Shown here: positions 45,212 to 55,800 of the stretch, one piece after another
Layout of the letters: each line of letters starts with the position of its first letter
How positions within the stretch are numbered: the first letter of the stretch is position 1
Source of the DNA: a virus
Lineage: Duplodnaviria > Caudoviricetes
IMG/VR virus record: IMGVR_UViG_3300037471_000178
Location: 1,212-65,211 of that record
DNA length: 64,000 nt
Direction: 5' to 3' (one strand)
Position numbers and translations under genes: made by a program
The notes under the pieces: model-generated
What the model was told of the DNA's origin: nothing
The model's database searches: none
Seen by the model: only the letters and a program-made list of their open reading frames with translations

Positions 45212-45633
45212 TGGACATTACTCCATTCTCGGCGGTGTTCGACGTTATCGGCAAGGTCATCGACCGGGTGTTTCCTGACCCGGTTGCCGCTGCGAACGCC
45301 AAGCTAGAAATGGCAAAGATGACGCAAACCGGCGAACTGCAAACTGTGCTGGCGCAGCTTGAAGTCGCCAAAGCGGAAGCCGGGAATGGAAGCATGTTCG
45401 TTGCCGGTGCTCGCCCGTTCGTGATGTGGGTCTGCGGCGTCGGCCTCGGTATCCAGTTCATCGTGGAGCCGCTGGCACAGTGGGGGATGATCCTTGCCGG
45501 GAAGACCGTCACGCTTCCCCCACTTGATATGAGTGTCCTGCTAACATTGCTCTTTGGCATGCTCGGACTCGGTACGCAGCGCACGTTCGAGAAACTGAAG
45601 GGTGTGCAGACCACTTCCATCGGAAAGAAATAA
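45208..45633 (+). CDS. GTA-type 3TM holin-family protein
   Basis: PDP..A..AKL...GE..WF.AGARP.V.W.C...GLG..RTFEKLKG pattern. Confidence 0.78.
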   Translation: MMDITPFSAVFDVIGKVIDRVFPDPVAAANAKLEMAKMTQTGELQTVLAQLEVAKAEAGNGSMFVAGARPFVMWVCGVGLGIQFIVEPLAQWGMILAGKTVTLPPLDMSVLLTLLFGMLGLGTQRTFEKLKGVQTTSIGKK

Positions 45634-47255
45634 TGGCAATCTCTGAGCGCGTATTCCAAGGCGAAGTGCCCCTCCTCGATGCTGAAAAGCTGTCGGGGGG
45701 TTTGGCTGCTCGCGCCAACAACTGCAAGCTGACTCGCGGTTTGCTGGAGCCTTGGAAAGCGCCAGCGACGGTGGTTTCGCCAACCAAGGCGGGCACCAAG
45801 AAAACCATTTACCGTTTCGGTGAGCATGAAACCGACGAGTCGAAGTTTTGGTTTTCGTGGATCACCGACGTTGATGTGGTCAAAGCGCCAATCTCGGAAG
45901 ATACGTCCGAGCGTACCTACTTCACGGGCGACGGTTATCCGAAGAAAACGAACAACGTGCTAGCCCAGACGGGAGGCACGGACTACCCGATTGCCGCTTA
46001 CCGGCTCGGCCTGCCGATGCCTGACACTTCGCTAGTGACGGTATCCGTGGGCGGCACTGCCCTCGACGCCAACAGTTCCACGCTGCTCGGCGCGTACGTG
46101 ATGACCTACGTGAGCGCATGGGGCGAAGAATCGGCCATGAGCGACCGTGCCATCGGCGTGTTTGAGTTCAAGAACGGCCAGAGCATGACGCTCAACAACC
46201 TGCCGATTCCTCCGGGCGGGAACTACAACATCGTGTCCAAGCGGCTGTACCGCTCCAACACCGGCACTTCCGGTGCGGCGCAGTACCAGTTCGTTGACGA
46301 GATTCCGCTGGCGTTCACCAGCTACACCGACACCCGCAAGAACGAGGAGCTTGGTGAAGTGTGCGCCACGGCTGGCTGGTACGAACCGCCCGATGACGGG
46401 TTCGGCCTGAAGCTCGGTGCCAACGGTAACGCGATCATGCTGTCGGGTCGCACCATTCACTGCTCGGTTCCGTACGCGCTGTACGCATGGCCGGATGCCT
46501 ACAAGCTCGCCGTTGACCACGATCTTGTCGGCTGCGGCGCGTTCGATCAGGGTTTTGCGATCCTGACGAAATCGTATCCGTACGTGCTGACCGGCGTGGA
46601 CCCGGAAGGCTACACCCTGACCAAGCTGCCGGATGAGCAGGCTTGCGTATCGAAACGCTCCATCGTGTCGATGCTAGGGGGCGTCATCTACGCCTCCCCG
46701 GACGGGCTGTATATGATCAGCACTTCCGGCATCCAGTCCATGACCGAGAAGCTGTTCACCCGTGAGCAGTGGCGGGCACTCGACCCGGCCAATATGTTCG
46801 CGGTCGAGTACAACAACCGCTACTTCGCTTTCTTCCCCGGCGACCTGTGCTTGGTGTTCGACTGGACCCGGACGCCGTTCGTGGTGCGCCTCGAAGGGCT
46901 GCATGCGACCGCTGCCCGCTATGACCCGATCTTCGACACGCTGTATCTGGCGCAGGGCAGCAACATCACCAAGTTCGACGGCGGCGCTCCGCTGACGGCC
47001 ACTTGGCGTTCCCCGAACTATCGTTACCCGCGCTACGTCAGCTTGGGCTACGGGCGCATCGAAGCGGACACCTTCCCGGTGACGTTCCGGCTGTACGCCA
47101 ACGGCTCCCTGATCCACACCCGCACGGTGAGCAACGATTCCCCATTCCGCTTGCCAGCCATCCCGACGCGCATCACCGCGTTTGAAGTGGATTGCACCGG
47201 GCCGATTCGCGGCATCACGCTGGCAGGTAACGGAGAGGAGTTGCTGAAGCTATGA
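45633..47255 (+). CDS. Tail tubular B / DNA-stabilisation-like protein
   Basis: 540 aa; YV.TYVSAWGEESA, beta-propeller-like C-half; position in tail module. Confidence 0.65.
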   Translation: MAISERVFQGEVPLLDAEKLSGGLAARANNCKLTRGLLEPWKAPATVVSPTKAGTKKTIYRFGEHETDESKFWFSWITDVDVVKAPISEDTSERTYFTGDGYPKKTNNVLAQTGGTDYPIAAYRLGLPMPDTSLVTVSVGGTALDANSSTLLGAYVMTYVSAWGEESAMSDRAIGVFEFKNGQSMTLNNLPIPPGGNYNIVSKRLYRSNTGTSGAAQYQFVDEIPLAFTSYTDTRKNEELGEVCATAGWYEPPDDGFGLKLGANGNAIMLSGRTIHCSVPYALYAWPDAYKLAVDHDLVGCGAFDQGFAILTKSYPYVLTGVDPEGYTLTKLPDEQACVSKRSIVSMLGGVIYASPDGLYMISTSGIQSMTEKLFTREQWRALDPANMFAVEYNNRYFAFFPGDLCLVFDWTRTPFVVRLEGLHATAARYDPIFDTLYLAQGSNITKFDGGAPLTATWRSPNYRYPRYVSLGYGRIEADTFPVTFRLYANGSLIHTRTVSNDSPFRLPAIPTRITAFEVDCTGPIRGITLAGNGEELLKL

Positions 47256-49009
47256 GCGAACCGCTGAAAACGCCGGAGTCCAGCAAGGTCATCCTGTCGC
47301 AGAAGGATTTGCAGTCATTGACGCGGGAAGCGCCGCGCCTGCCGCAGATTCCGACGCCGACTGATCTTCAGTCCACGATCAAGGCGATCAATCAGATCAA
47401 GGAAATCCTTGAGACTCGGGAAGGCAATCGCGGCTCGCAGGTGGATGCTGCGGTAACGTGGCGCGATCTGCTGTCCAACGGTATTGCTCAGGCTGTCGTT
47501 GGCGGCACGGCGTACTCTGCCGATCCGGGCAGCGGCAACGTCACGCCCATCGGCGACCAGTACGATGTGTCGATCCCGCCCCCGCCCACTGGTCTGTCGA
47601 TCATGGGCGCGATTGCCAACATCATCCTGTCGTGGGCCAAGCCTACCTTCCACAACTTCGCCTATACCGAAATCTGGCGCAGCCCGGTTGACGATATCGG
47701 TCAGGCAGTCCTGATCGCGCAGACGACCGCATGGGTGTACGCGGACTCCATCGGTGCTGGCAAGGTCTTCTATTACTGGATTCGCCATGTTGCTACCTCC
47801 GGTGTCGTCGGCCCGTTCAACAAGGATACTGGTACTCGTGGCGAAACCGGCTATGACGCTTCGTATCTGCTGGACGTTCTGGCGGCTAATCCGCCAGCGG
47901 GGGTGAACTACAACCCGCTGCTGTACGTTCAGTCTGATCCCACGCTGGTCATCGATGGTCAGCCGATCCCGGTCGGCGTGTACATGAACTCGGCGTATAT
48001 CCGCAATGCGTCGATCTCCAACGCGATGATCCAGAACCTCGCGGTGGACAACGCCAAGATCGCCAACCTCGACGCGGTGAAAATCACGGCGGGCGACATT
48101 GACGCTGCCCGCATGACGGCCAATATCGTCACTGCTGCCACGGGCCGGTTCAACACCCTGTCAGCCCTGTCAGCCTCGCTCGGCACGGTGCAGATAAACA
48201 ACAACGGCTGGCTGCGCACGGTCGGCGTGACTGACTACAACAACGGCAAGGGCCTGTACATGGATGCCAGCCTGTTCCGCATCGGTGATCCGGCAGGCGA
48301 CGGTCTGTGGTGGAACGGTACGAACCTGTACATCAAGGGCAACCTTGACGTATCCGGCGATGGCTCCTTCCACGGTCGCTTCTATGCTGGTCAGTTTGCC
48401 GGGATGAACAGCGCGACATGGGGAAGCGCGGGCGGCTACATCGGCACCGATGGCGCTGTGTTCGGTTATACGGGCGGCGGCGTCTACCCGTGGGTATCAC
48501 AAGGCAATCTGCTCTCCATCGACAACGTTAACAGCCTGATTACCCTGTCCTCTCCAACCCTGTCCCTCCAAGGCCGTAGCTGGCATATCAATTCGGACGG
48601 GACTGCGCAGTTCGTCACTGGCTACGTCAATGGCAACCTGTCGGTGGATTCGCTCACGGTGCGCGGTGGCGGCAGTGGCTCCTCTAACTATTCCGGCATT
48701 GGCGCTCGTGCGTTCGGCGGCGGGCAATTCACTGCCTCGCAGCAGTTCACCGTTCCTGCTCAGTCGTTCGTCACGCTCCTGTTGCAGTTCCGTACAGGTT
48801 CTCGTGAAATCATGTCTGCCAGCGTTACCAACCTGCCGGGTGGCAGCGCCACAGTCACCTACATGCAAATTGATAACGGCACGGGCGGCGGCGCACCGCC
48901 TCCGGCTGTCATGCGCCTTGACCCCGGCACGTACTACATCAATACGACCGCTTCCGCTAGCGGAGACATGACCGTGGATGGCTTCGTTTACTGGATACCG
49001 GCGACATGA
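47252..49009 (+). CDS. Tail fibre / host-specificity protein
   Basis: FN3-like PPPP.GL..; AYIRNASISNAMIQNL..DNAKI (DUF1983-like). Confidence 0.72.
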   Translation: MSEPLKTPESSKVILSQKDLQSLTREAPRLPQIPTPTDLQSTIKAINQIKEILETREGNRGSQVDAAVTWRDLLSNGIAQAVVGGTAYSADPGSGNVTPIGDQYDVSIPPPPTGLSIMGAIANIILSWAKPTFHNFAYTEIWRSPVDDIGQAVLIAQTTAWVYADSIGAGKVFYYWIRHVATSGVVGPFNKDTGTRGETGYDASYLLDVLAANPPAGVNYNPLLYVQSDPTLVIDGQPIPVGVYMNSAYIRNASISNAMIQNLAVDNAKIANLDAVKITAGDIDAARMTANIVTAATGRFNTLSALSASLGTVQINNNGWLRTVGVTDYNNGKGLYMDASLFRIGDPAGDGLWWNGTNLYIKGNLDVSGDGSFHGRFYAGQFAGMNSATWGSAGGYIGTDGAVFGYTGGGVYPWVSQGNLLSIDNVNSLITLSSPTLSLQGRSWHINSDGTAQFVTGYVNGNLSVDSLTVRGGGSGSSNYSGIGARAFGGGQFTASQQFTVPAQSFVTLLLQFRTGSREIMSASVTNLPGGSATVTYMQIDNGTGGGAPPPAVMRLDPGTYYINTTASASGDMTVDGFVYWIPAT

Positions 49010-49311
49010 ACAAATACGCATTCGACGTAGATGGCAACCTGATCGCCTGTGGTTACGGTGACGGCCCGATCTACATCAACGGAATCGAAGTACAGACCAT
49101 CGACGCCGAACCCGGACTCGATATGGCTGCGCACCAAGTTATCAACGGGGCCATTGTCAGAAAGGCCCATCCACTGGGAGGAAGCAATGGTTCTCAAACG
49201 CTGGCAGCTAGTGCTGCTGTGGCTGGCGGTTCATCTGATCCAGCCAATCGTGTCGCTCGTGTGGTTATGGGTGTGCCTGTTTCGCCCGGAAAGGGGAACG
49301 GCGTCGTTTAG
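49006..49311 (+). CDS. Hypothetical tail-associated protein
   Basis: ATGA-coupled to the fibre gene. Confidence 0.5.
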   Translation: MNKYAFDVDGNLIACGYGDGPIYINGIEVQTIDAEPGLDMAAHQVINGAIVRKAHPLGGSNGSQTLAASAAVAGGSSDPANRVARVVMGVPVSPGKGNGVV

Positions 49312-49477
49312 AGCGTACGACCGATTCGCCAATACCGAACTTAACGGCGAGGAGCATGAGACAATCTCCTCCCGCGCTGGCCGAGGTCTTCTGAACGGTA
49401 GCGTCGGTTGGTGCGTGTTGTGCAAACTTCTTGACTGGTTTGAGAAAGACCATTGCAAGAAATCTATTGGCTACTGA
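49187..49477 (+). CDS. Small membrane protein
   Basis: GGAGG RBS; DRFAN..LNGEEHETISSRAG..WC.LC.LLDWFEKDHC motif. Confidence 0.65.
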   Translation: MVLKRWQLVLLWLAVHLIQPIVSLVWLWVCLFRPERGTASFRAYDRFANTELNGEEHETISSRAGRGLLNGSVGWCVLCKLLDWFEKDHCKKSIGY

Positions 49478-49548
49478 AGTGTAAGTATGTTATAGCGCCT
49501 CGCTTACAGTGTAGAATCCTGTAAGCGAGAAATTCTAAGGAGAAACTC

Positions 49549-49752
49549 ATGTTGACTATTAAAGATATCGAAGCCGCTGGCGGTCAAGTCGTGGCTGGAA
49601 AAGTTGTTAAGGGCGGTAAGTTCATCGAGGGAATCTGGGCCGAAGGTACTTTCGCCCCCGCCGATGAAAACGCTTTGGCCGCTCCTGCCCCTGCACCGAA
49701 AGCCGCTCCGCGCTACAAGGGCGCTGACGTTTCCGAAGGCGTCATTAAATGA
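49549..49752 (+). CDS. Small hypothetical protein
   Basis: AAGGAG RBS; first gene after the GTAAG-N17-CTTAC element. Confidence 0.65.
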   Translation: MLTIKDIEAAGGQVVAGKVVKGGKFIEGIWAEGTFAPADENALAAPAPAPKAAPRYKGADVSEGVIK

Positions 49753-50246
49753 TTCACTTCCCGGTCGAGCGCACTGCCGAGGCGTTCACTCCCGTCATGC
49801 TCGGCAACAAAGCTGCCGCCCAATTCCTCGCGGATATGGTGGAGGTTCTGCACGTCTGGGATGATTTGATCGACCGGGATAAACCCGTTGACCCGAATCA
49901 GATTCACGCGGCGTTCATGAAGGCGCTTATTACGCTGCCGCGCAATGAGTTCTATATGGCGAACTTTGCGCACCTGAACGCCATCCTCGTCAACGCAATC
50001 AGCAATTGGCACATCGCTAACAAGCTGGAAGCTGACGCCCAAGAATACGAACTCCGCATCGCTTATATCCTGCGCTCGTCCTACGTCGATCTTGTGACGC
50101 AGTGCGCGATGCTCGTTGGCGGTCCTGACTATGCGCGTGAGCTTGGCTACGCTGCCCGCAAGGTCGCCCACAAGGAAGGATGGGACAACTACCTGAAAAA
50201 CCTGCATGCGGAGTTTGAAGCTCGCGCTGCATCTATGAAGGAATAA
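49749..50246 (+). CDS. Conserved phage hypothetical protein
   Basis: HVWDDLID.D...LP.N.FY motif. Confidence 0.7.
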   Translation: MIHFPVERTAEAFTPVMLGNKAAAQFLADMVEVLHVWDDLIDRDKPVDPNQIHAAFMKALITLPRNEFYMANFAHLNAILVNAISNWHIANKLEADAQEYELRIAYILRSSYVDLVTQCAMLVGGPDYARELGYAARKVAHKEGWDNYLKNLHAEFEARAASMKE

Positions 50247-50248
50247 TC

Positions 50249-51274
50249 ATGTGCTGCGACGCTGACGCTCCGCAACAAGACCCCCGCGCTGGCGAGGCTG
50301 CGATGATGCAGGCGCAGACCGCACGGGATATGTCCAACTACATGCAGGGCGCTGATGCTTACAACCGTCAGCGGCTCTCCGCGCTAGACGCGCAAAACTC
50401 GCAAGTCGTGAACGCGCAGCTTCAGTCGATGACCTCGGCGAACAACCGGGCGAACGACCAATGGAACTGGTACGTCCAGAACGGACGCCCCATGCTCCAG
50501 AACGCGATGAACGATGCCAACAACTTCGATTCCGCTTCGGCACTGGCTGGCCTGCGTGGGCAAGCTGCCGCCGACGTTGAGCAGGCGTTCGCGCAACAGA
50601 ATGCCGCCAATCAGCGCGGTCTGCAACGCATGGGCGTGAACCCGAGTTCTGGCCGCGCTCAAGCCGCGCTAGCTGCGGGCGGTGCGCAAGCCGCGCTCGG
50701 CAAGGTCGGCGCTGCCAACGCCATGACTGAAGCCCGCCGCACTCAAGCTGTGGGACTGCGCCAGCAAGCCGCTAACCTCGCTAGCGGTATGCCCGCTCAG
50801 TCAATGGGATTCTCCGGCGTCGGCAATCAGGCTGGCATGGGCGCTGCATCTGTCGGACAGATGGGCATGCAGTCCGCGCTCGGCATGCAGTCCAACATGA
50901 TCAGCGGCTACGGCGGCGTGGCGAACGCTTACGGCGGCGCGGCCAATACCTACAACGGCATCTACCAAGGTCAGCTTCAGGCTGCGAATCTCCAGAACCA
51001 AGCTGACGCGGGCGTTGGTTCGCTGATTGGCACTCTGGGCGCTGCCGCGATCTTCGCGTCCGACTTCCGCATGAAACAGAACATCGTCCCGGTTGGCAAG
51101 CTGTCCAACGGTCTGACGCTGTACTCGTTCCAATACAAGCCGGAATACCACTGCGACTTTGGCGATGACACCTTCTTCGGTGTGATGGCACAGGAAGTCC
51201 TAGCTGTCCGTCCTGATGCCGTGATTGTCCGTCCTGACGGATTCCTGTCGGTCGATTATTCAAGGGTGATGTAA
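50249..51274 (+). CDS. Internal virion (ejection) protein with C-terminal peptidase S74-like domain
   Basis: A/Q/G-rich body; SDFRMKQNI...GVMAQEV...VDYS. Confidence 0.75.
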   Translation: MCCDADAPQQDPRAGEAAMMQAQTARDMSNYMQGADAYNRQRLSALDAQNSQVVNAQLQSMTSANNRANDQWNWYVQNGRPMLQNAMNDANNFDSASALAGLRGQAAADVEQAFAQQNAANQRGLQRMGVNPSSGRAQAALAAGGAQAALGKVGAANAMTEARRTQAVGLRQQAANLASGMPAQSMGFSGVGNQAGMGAASVGQMGMQSALGMQSNMISGYGGVANAYGGAANTYNGIYQGQLQAANLQNQADAGVGSLIGTLGAAAIFASDFRMKQNIVPVGKLSNGLTLYSFQYKPEYHCDFGDDTFFGVMAQEVLAVRPDAVIVRPDGFLSVDYSRVM

Positions 51275-52809
51275 TGAGCCTCGGTTCTCTGATGGGCGGT
51301 ATGGCCCAATCCGGTCTTAGCACCTATCTCGGCCTCTCGCAGAACAAGCGACTACAGGACGAGCAGGACGCTCGCAACCAGCAACGCCAGCGTGAGGAGC
51401 AGGACCGCGCCACTACCAAAGATGCCATGTCCCGCGTCGGCAAGGACGACTACACGCGGACCATGCAGGACGTATCCAGCCTGACGCCGGAACAGGCGCA
51501 GGTGGTCAACGGGTGGGCGCAGCAGCAAGCCAACGGCGACGCTGGCCTGCAGCGCCAGCTTATCAGCGAGCGTCTGAGCGATTCCGCTAACGGCCTCGAC
51601 CCGGTGCAGGCAGCGGCGATGAAGCCGACTACTTACACGCAAGGCATGGCGTACAAGGACATGGCGGGCAAGATCAACGACCCGCGCATGGCAGTTGCCT
51701 ACGCGCAGATGGGCGAGCAGCAGTCCAAGGAAGATCAACTGAAGCGTCTGTTCGGAGCATCCGACAAGATGTTCGGCGGCGATCTGGAAGGTGGCCTGAC
51801 CGATATCGCCAACCTGCACAACACGGGCGTTCAGAATGGCTACACCAGTCAGGTTGTCAAAGACCCGCAGACCGGACAGGTCCACTACGAACTGGTGAAC
51901 ACCCAGACCGGCGCACGGCAACGCTTCGACCCGACCGGCCCGCTGGCGCAGAACGCGCTGGTGATGCGAGCCGCCGCTGCCATCGACCCGGAGAAGTACG
52001 CTCCGCTGGCGCAGCATGCGGTGAACCTGTGGGCACAATCCGGCCTGACTGGTCAGCAGCAGACCGACACCGCGCAGCATCAGGACGCCACTGCACAGAT
52101 CGGCATGGTCAATGCGAATAACCAAGGCATCAATATCGCCTCCGAAGCGCAGAACCGCGTCGGTATGCTCGGCGTGGCGCAGCAAAACGCTGGCTCTACC
52201 CAGATGAACGCCTACACCAACCGCGACTACAAGAATGGCGTACTCATGCAGTACGACCAAGGACTTCGCGGCAAGGGTGCTGCAGGCATCGACCCGGCCA
52301 AGGCCGAGCGCGAGAAGCGGGCTGAACAGCAGGCGTTCATCAAAGAGAACCCGAACCTGTACACCATCCAGACCGATCCGGATATGCCGGGTAAGCCACA
52401 CGCTGGACTGCTCGGGCTGACGAACAACATGCTCAAGGCGACCGACGCCGCGACCACGCAGCAAACCCTGCTGGCGGTGCAGGCGCAGGCCGCGCAGGTG
52501 GCGACCGACCCGGCAACCGGCAAGATGGACTACAACAAGTACCGTCAGGCTCTCGACGCCATCAGCGCCGAAGCCACCCGCGCTCTGGCCGAGCGTATGG
52601 GCGCTGGCGTCAAACCGGGCAACCAGCAAGGCACTGGTGGTGGCGTCCCTGCCAAGGAAGCCCCGTACAACTCGCAGCCGACGCAGAAAACCATTGATGG
52701 CATGAAGCGAGAGAAGGCCAAGGAAGATCGCGTCACCGGCCTGAAGAACACGCTGAAAAAAGCGGCGTCAGCCTATGGCGAGTCCGTGTCGAAGAACCCG
52801 CTCAACTAA
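51274..52809 (+). CDS. Internal virion (ejection) protein
   Basis: 511 aa Q/A/G-rich protein between ejection genes. Confidence 0.65.
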   Translation: MSLGSLMGGMAQSGLSTYLGLSQNKRLQDEQDARNQQRQREEQDRATTKDAMSRVGKDDYTRTMQDVSSLTPEQAQVVNGWAQQQANGDAGLQRQLISERLSDSANGLDPVQAAAMKPTTYTQGMAYKDMAGKINDPRMAVAYAQMGEQQSKEDQLKRLFGASDKMFGGDLEGGLTDIANLHNTGVQNGYTSQVVKDPQTGQVHYELVNTQTGARQRFDPTGPLAQNALVMRAAAAIDPEKYAPLAQHAVNLWAQSGLTGQQQTDTAQHQDATAQIGMVNANNQGINIASEAQNRVGMLGVAQQNAGSTQMNAYTNRDYKNGVLMQYDQGLRGKGAAGIDPAKAEREKRAEQQAFIKENPNLYTIQTDPDMPGKPHAGLLGLTNNMLKATDAATTQQTLLAVQAQAAQVATDPATGKMDYNKYRQALDAISAEATRALAERMGAGVKPGNQQGTGGGVPAKEAPYNSQPTQKTIDGMKREKAKEDRVTGLKNTLKKAASAYGESVSKNPLN

Positions 52810-52817
52810 GGACCGTC

Positions 52818-55800
52818 ATGGCATCCATCACCGATATCATCAACGGCTACTTCGACAACCGGCCTGACCCGGCTGCGGCCCCCGCGCCCATGCCGGGTAA
52901 CACCGGCAATGCGGCGACCGACCTGATGGATCGCCTCGTCGGTGCGATCCGCAATGTCGAATCGGGCGGCAACCCGAACGCGGTCAGCCCGCAGGGTGCG
53001 TCCGGTTCCATGCAGATCATGCCGGGTACGTTCCGTCAGTACGCCATGCCCGGTGAGTCGTATTACAACGACGAGCACCGCACGGCTGCCGCGATCCGCA
53101 AGATCAAGGACGACTGGAACTACTTCAACGGCGACCCGATGAAAGTCGCCGCTGCCTATATCGGTGGGCGCGGCGCGGTCCTGCCTGACGGCACGATCAA
53201 GGATTCGGTGCGTGACGCGCACGGCACTAGCCCCGCTATGTATGCCCGCATGGTCGCTGGCCGCATGCAGTACGACCCATCGCAGGGTGCAGCCGGTCAG
53301 CTCCCTTCCAGCGAGCCGATGCCTGCCGACTACTCCGACATTGCTAACTCGGTACTGAACGCTGGCGCGAAAGCCATCGGCGGCTTGCCGCCCCCACCCC
53401 CGCCGAAGACCGGCCTGATGCGTCGCTTGGGCGACACCGGCATCGACTTGGCGAAGGGTGCTGTGGACGCTGGCTCCGCTGTGACTGGCTTGGCGCGGCT
53501 TATCCCCGGCGTCGGCACGGTGCTGGATGCGGCAGGCTACGATCCGGAAGCGACCAACCAAATCTTCTCCCGTGGCTACTCCCCGGCACGTACCGCTGCC
53601 GAACAGGAAGTCGCTCAGGCTGGATTCCAGCGCGAAGGCACCGGCTTCTGGAATGAGGCTGGCGGTGCGATTGGCGATCTGCTTCAGCATCCGTCCGTGG
53701 CATTCGGTCGCGGCGTCGAAGCCCTGCCCTCGATGATGCTCGGCGCGACCGGCGCTCGCGCTGCCGCCATGCGCGGCGTTACCAACGTCGGTGCGCTCAA
53801 GACGCTCGGCGCTATCGGTGAAGGCGCTGTCTCCGCTGGTCAGACCGCGACCCAGATTGCGCAGTCCAACCCGGACGGTAACGTGTACGCGGCTATCCCC
53901 GCTGGCGTTCTCACCGGCCTGATCAGCCGTGGCGCTGCCGCCATCCCAGGATTCGGTGACGCCAAGACTGCCGTGATGACTGGCGTGGGCGCTGCTGGCG
54001 CAACGGGCGGCCTGCTGCGGCGTGTCGGCAAGGGCATGATCTCCGAAGGCATCCTTCAGGAAGCCCCGCAGTCCGCGCAGGAACAGATGTGGCAGAACAT
54101 CGGCACTGGCGACCCGCTCATGAAGGGCGTCGGCGCTCAGGCTGGTCAAGGCTTGGCGCTCGGCGTCATGCTCGGCGGCATGGAAGGTGCGATGCACAAG
54201 AACCACGGCATGCCGAATCAGACTGGCGGCGAGGCGCAGGAACAAGCCGCTCCGGTGCTGGCGCAGGACTCCACCGGCCAGATGAACCTGCTGTCGCCAA
54301 ACGACATGCCTGCACAGCCCACGCAGGTGATGCGTCCGGCTGACGCTGTGGCTGGCCCGCTGCCCGAAGGTGTTCGCACCCCGGCGCAGATGGACCTGTT
54401 CGGTGCGCCGCAGATGATGAGCAACCCGGCGCAGATGGAACTCCCGTTTGACGAGCGCCGTGCTGCCGCGCCGCAGGCACCTGCCACTTCTGCGCAACTG
54501 GAACTGCCGCTCAATCCTCCGGCCCGCGATATCATGGCACCGGAGCATGCGGCTGACCAACTGGCGCAGGCCAAAGAACAAGGCGCGATTGAACGCCTCG
54601 ACCAAGCTCAGGGAAATGTTGTAACGCCGCAGCTAGCACAGCAGCAGGATCAGATCGCCGGTACGCTGCACGAAGCGTCGAACCAGCCGCAGGTACAGAC
54701 CCCACAGATCGAGATTCCCGGTCAGGTCCAGCCGGGTGCTGGCGGTGTCGTCGCGTCGGAAAAGCCGAAGACCATCTACGAGATGCAGATGGAAGCCCGC
54801 CGCAAGGCGTCCGCTGGCGAACTCCTTAGTCAACAGGAAGCCGTGTTGCTGACCCTGCCGGTTGAGCCGCCGCATCCGAACGCCAAGATCGAAGTTCCCC
54901 AAGCGCCGAACACCAAGCCAGCCGAGCCACAGCAGGGCGAAATGTTTGGCAAGGTGCTAGACCAGCAGCCGGGACAAATCCCCACCAACCAAGGAAATGT
55001 CCCCGTCGAAGGCAAGCAGCCCGGTCAGGCAGAAATGTTCGACCAGCGCGGCAACCCGACCTACGCTGCCGAACAGACCGCAGACCCGAAAGCCATCGCG
55101 GAACAGTTCGGCAAAGAGTTCCGCATCAAGGTCACTGACCGGCGCATGCCGATCATGGCGCAGATCGGTCGCGCCCTGAACGACAACAAGATCAGCTTTG
55201 ACGATGCCACCCACCTTGCCGAAGCCGTCCGTGCTGGCAAGCTGAAATTCGCTGAGACTTCGCTAGCGTCGTCACTGGCAGAAAATGTCCCGCAGGCCAA
55301 GCCGGGGACAAATGCAGTCATGACCGAGGGACAAAATCCCGAGGCTCCGGCAGAGGCTCCGCAGTCCATCATGGGCACACCGCTGGAGGATGCTCACGCC
55401 AAGAACTACGAAGTCACCAACGGCTCGATTCAGGACGCGAACATTCACGAACTGTACGCGGCTGCCGAGGAAGGCGACCACCCGACGTTCTCCGTCAACG
55501 ACGCCGAGAAGGAACTGGCACGACGCTACTCCGATCAGTCCGGTAACATTCCGGAGCAAGATCAGAGAGTTGCCGAGCGGTACTTCAATATGAACTTCCC
55601 CGAGGCGCGGGCGCGTGAAGCGTACCTGCGTCAGCTTGCGCATGAGCGCGAGGGTGCGAAGGGCATGGCGTCGTGGCGTGAAGGCGAGAAGGGAGAGGGA
55701 GTGAGCGCCAGCGCAGCCAAAGCCGTCGCCGACGCAATGACGAACAAGTGGAAGAACGCGCCGCAAGTCGAAGTGGTAGAGAGCCGCGATGACTTCCCGC

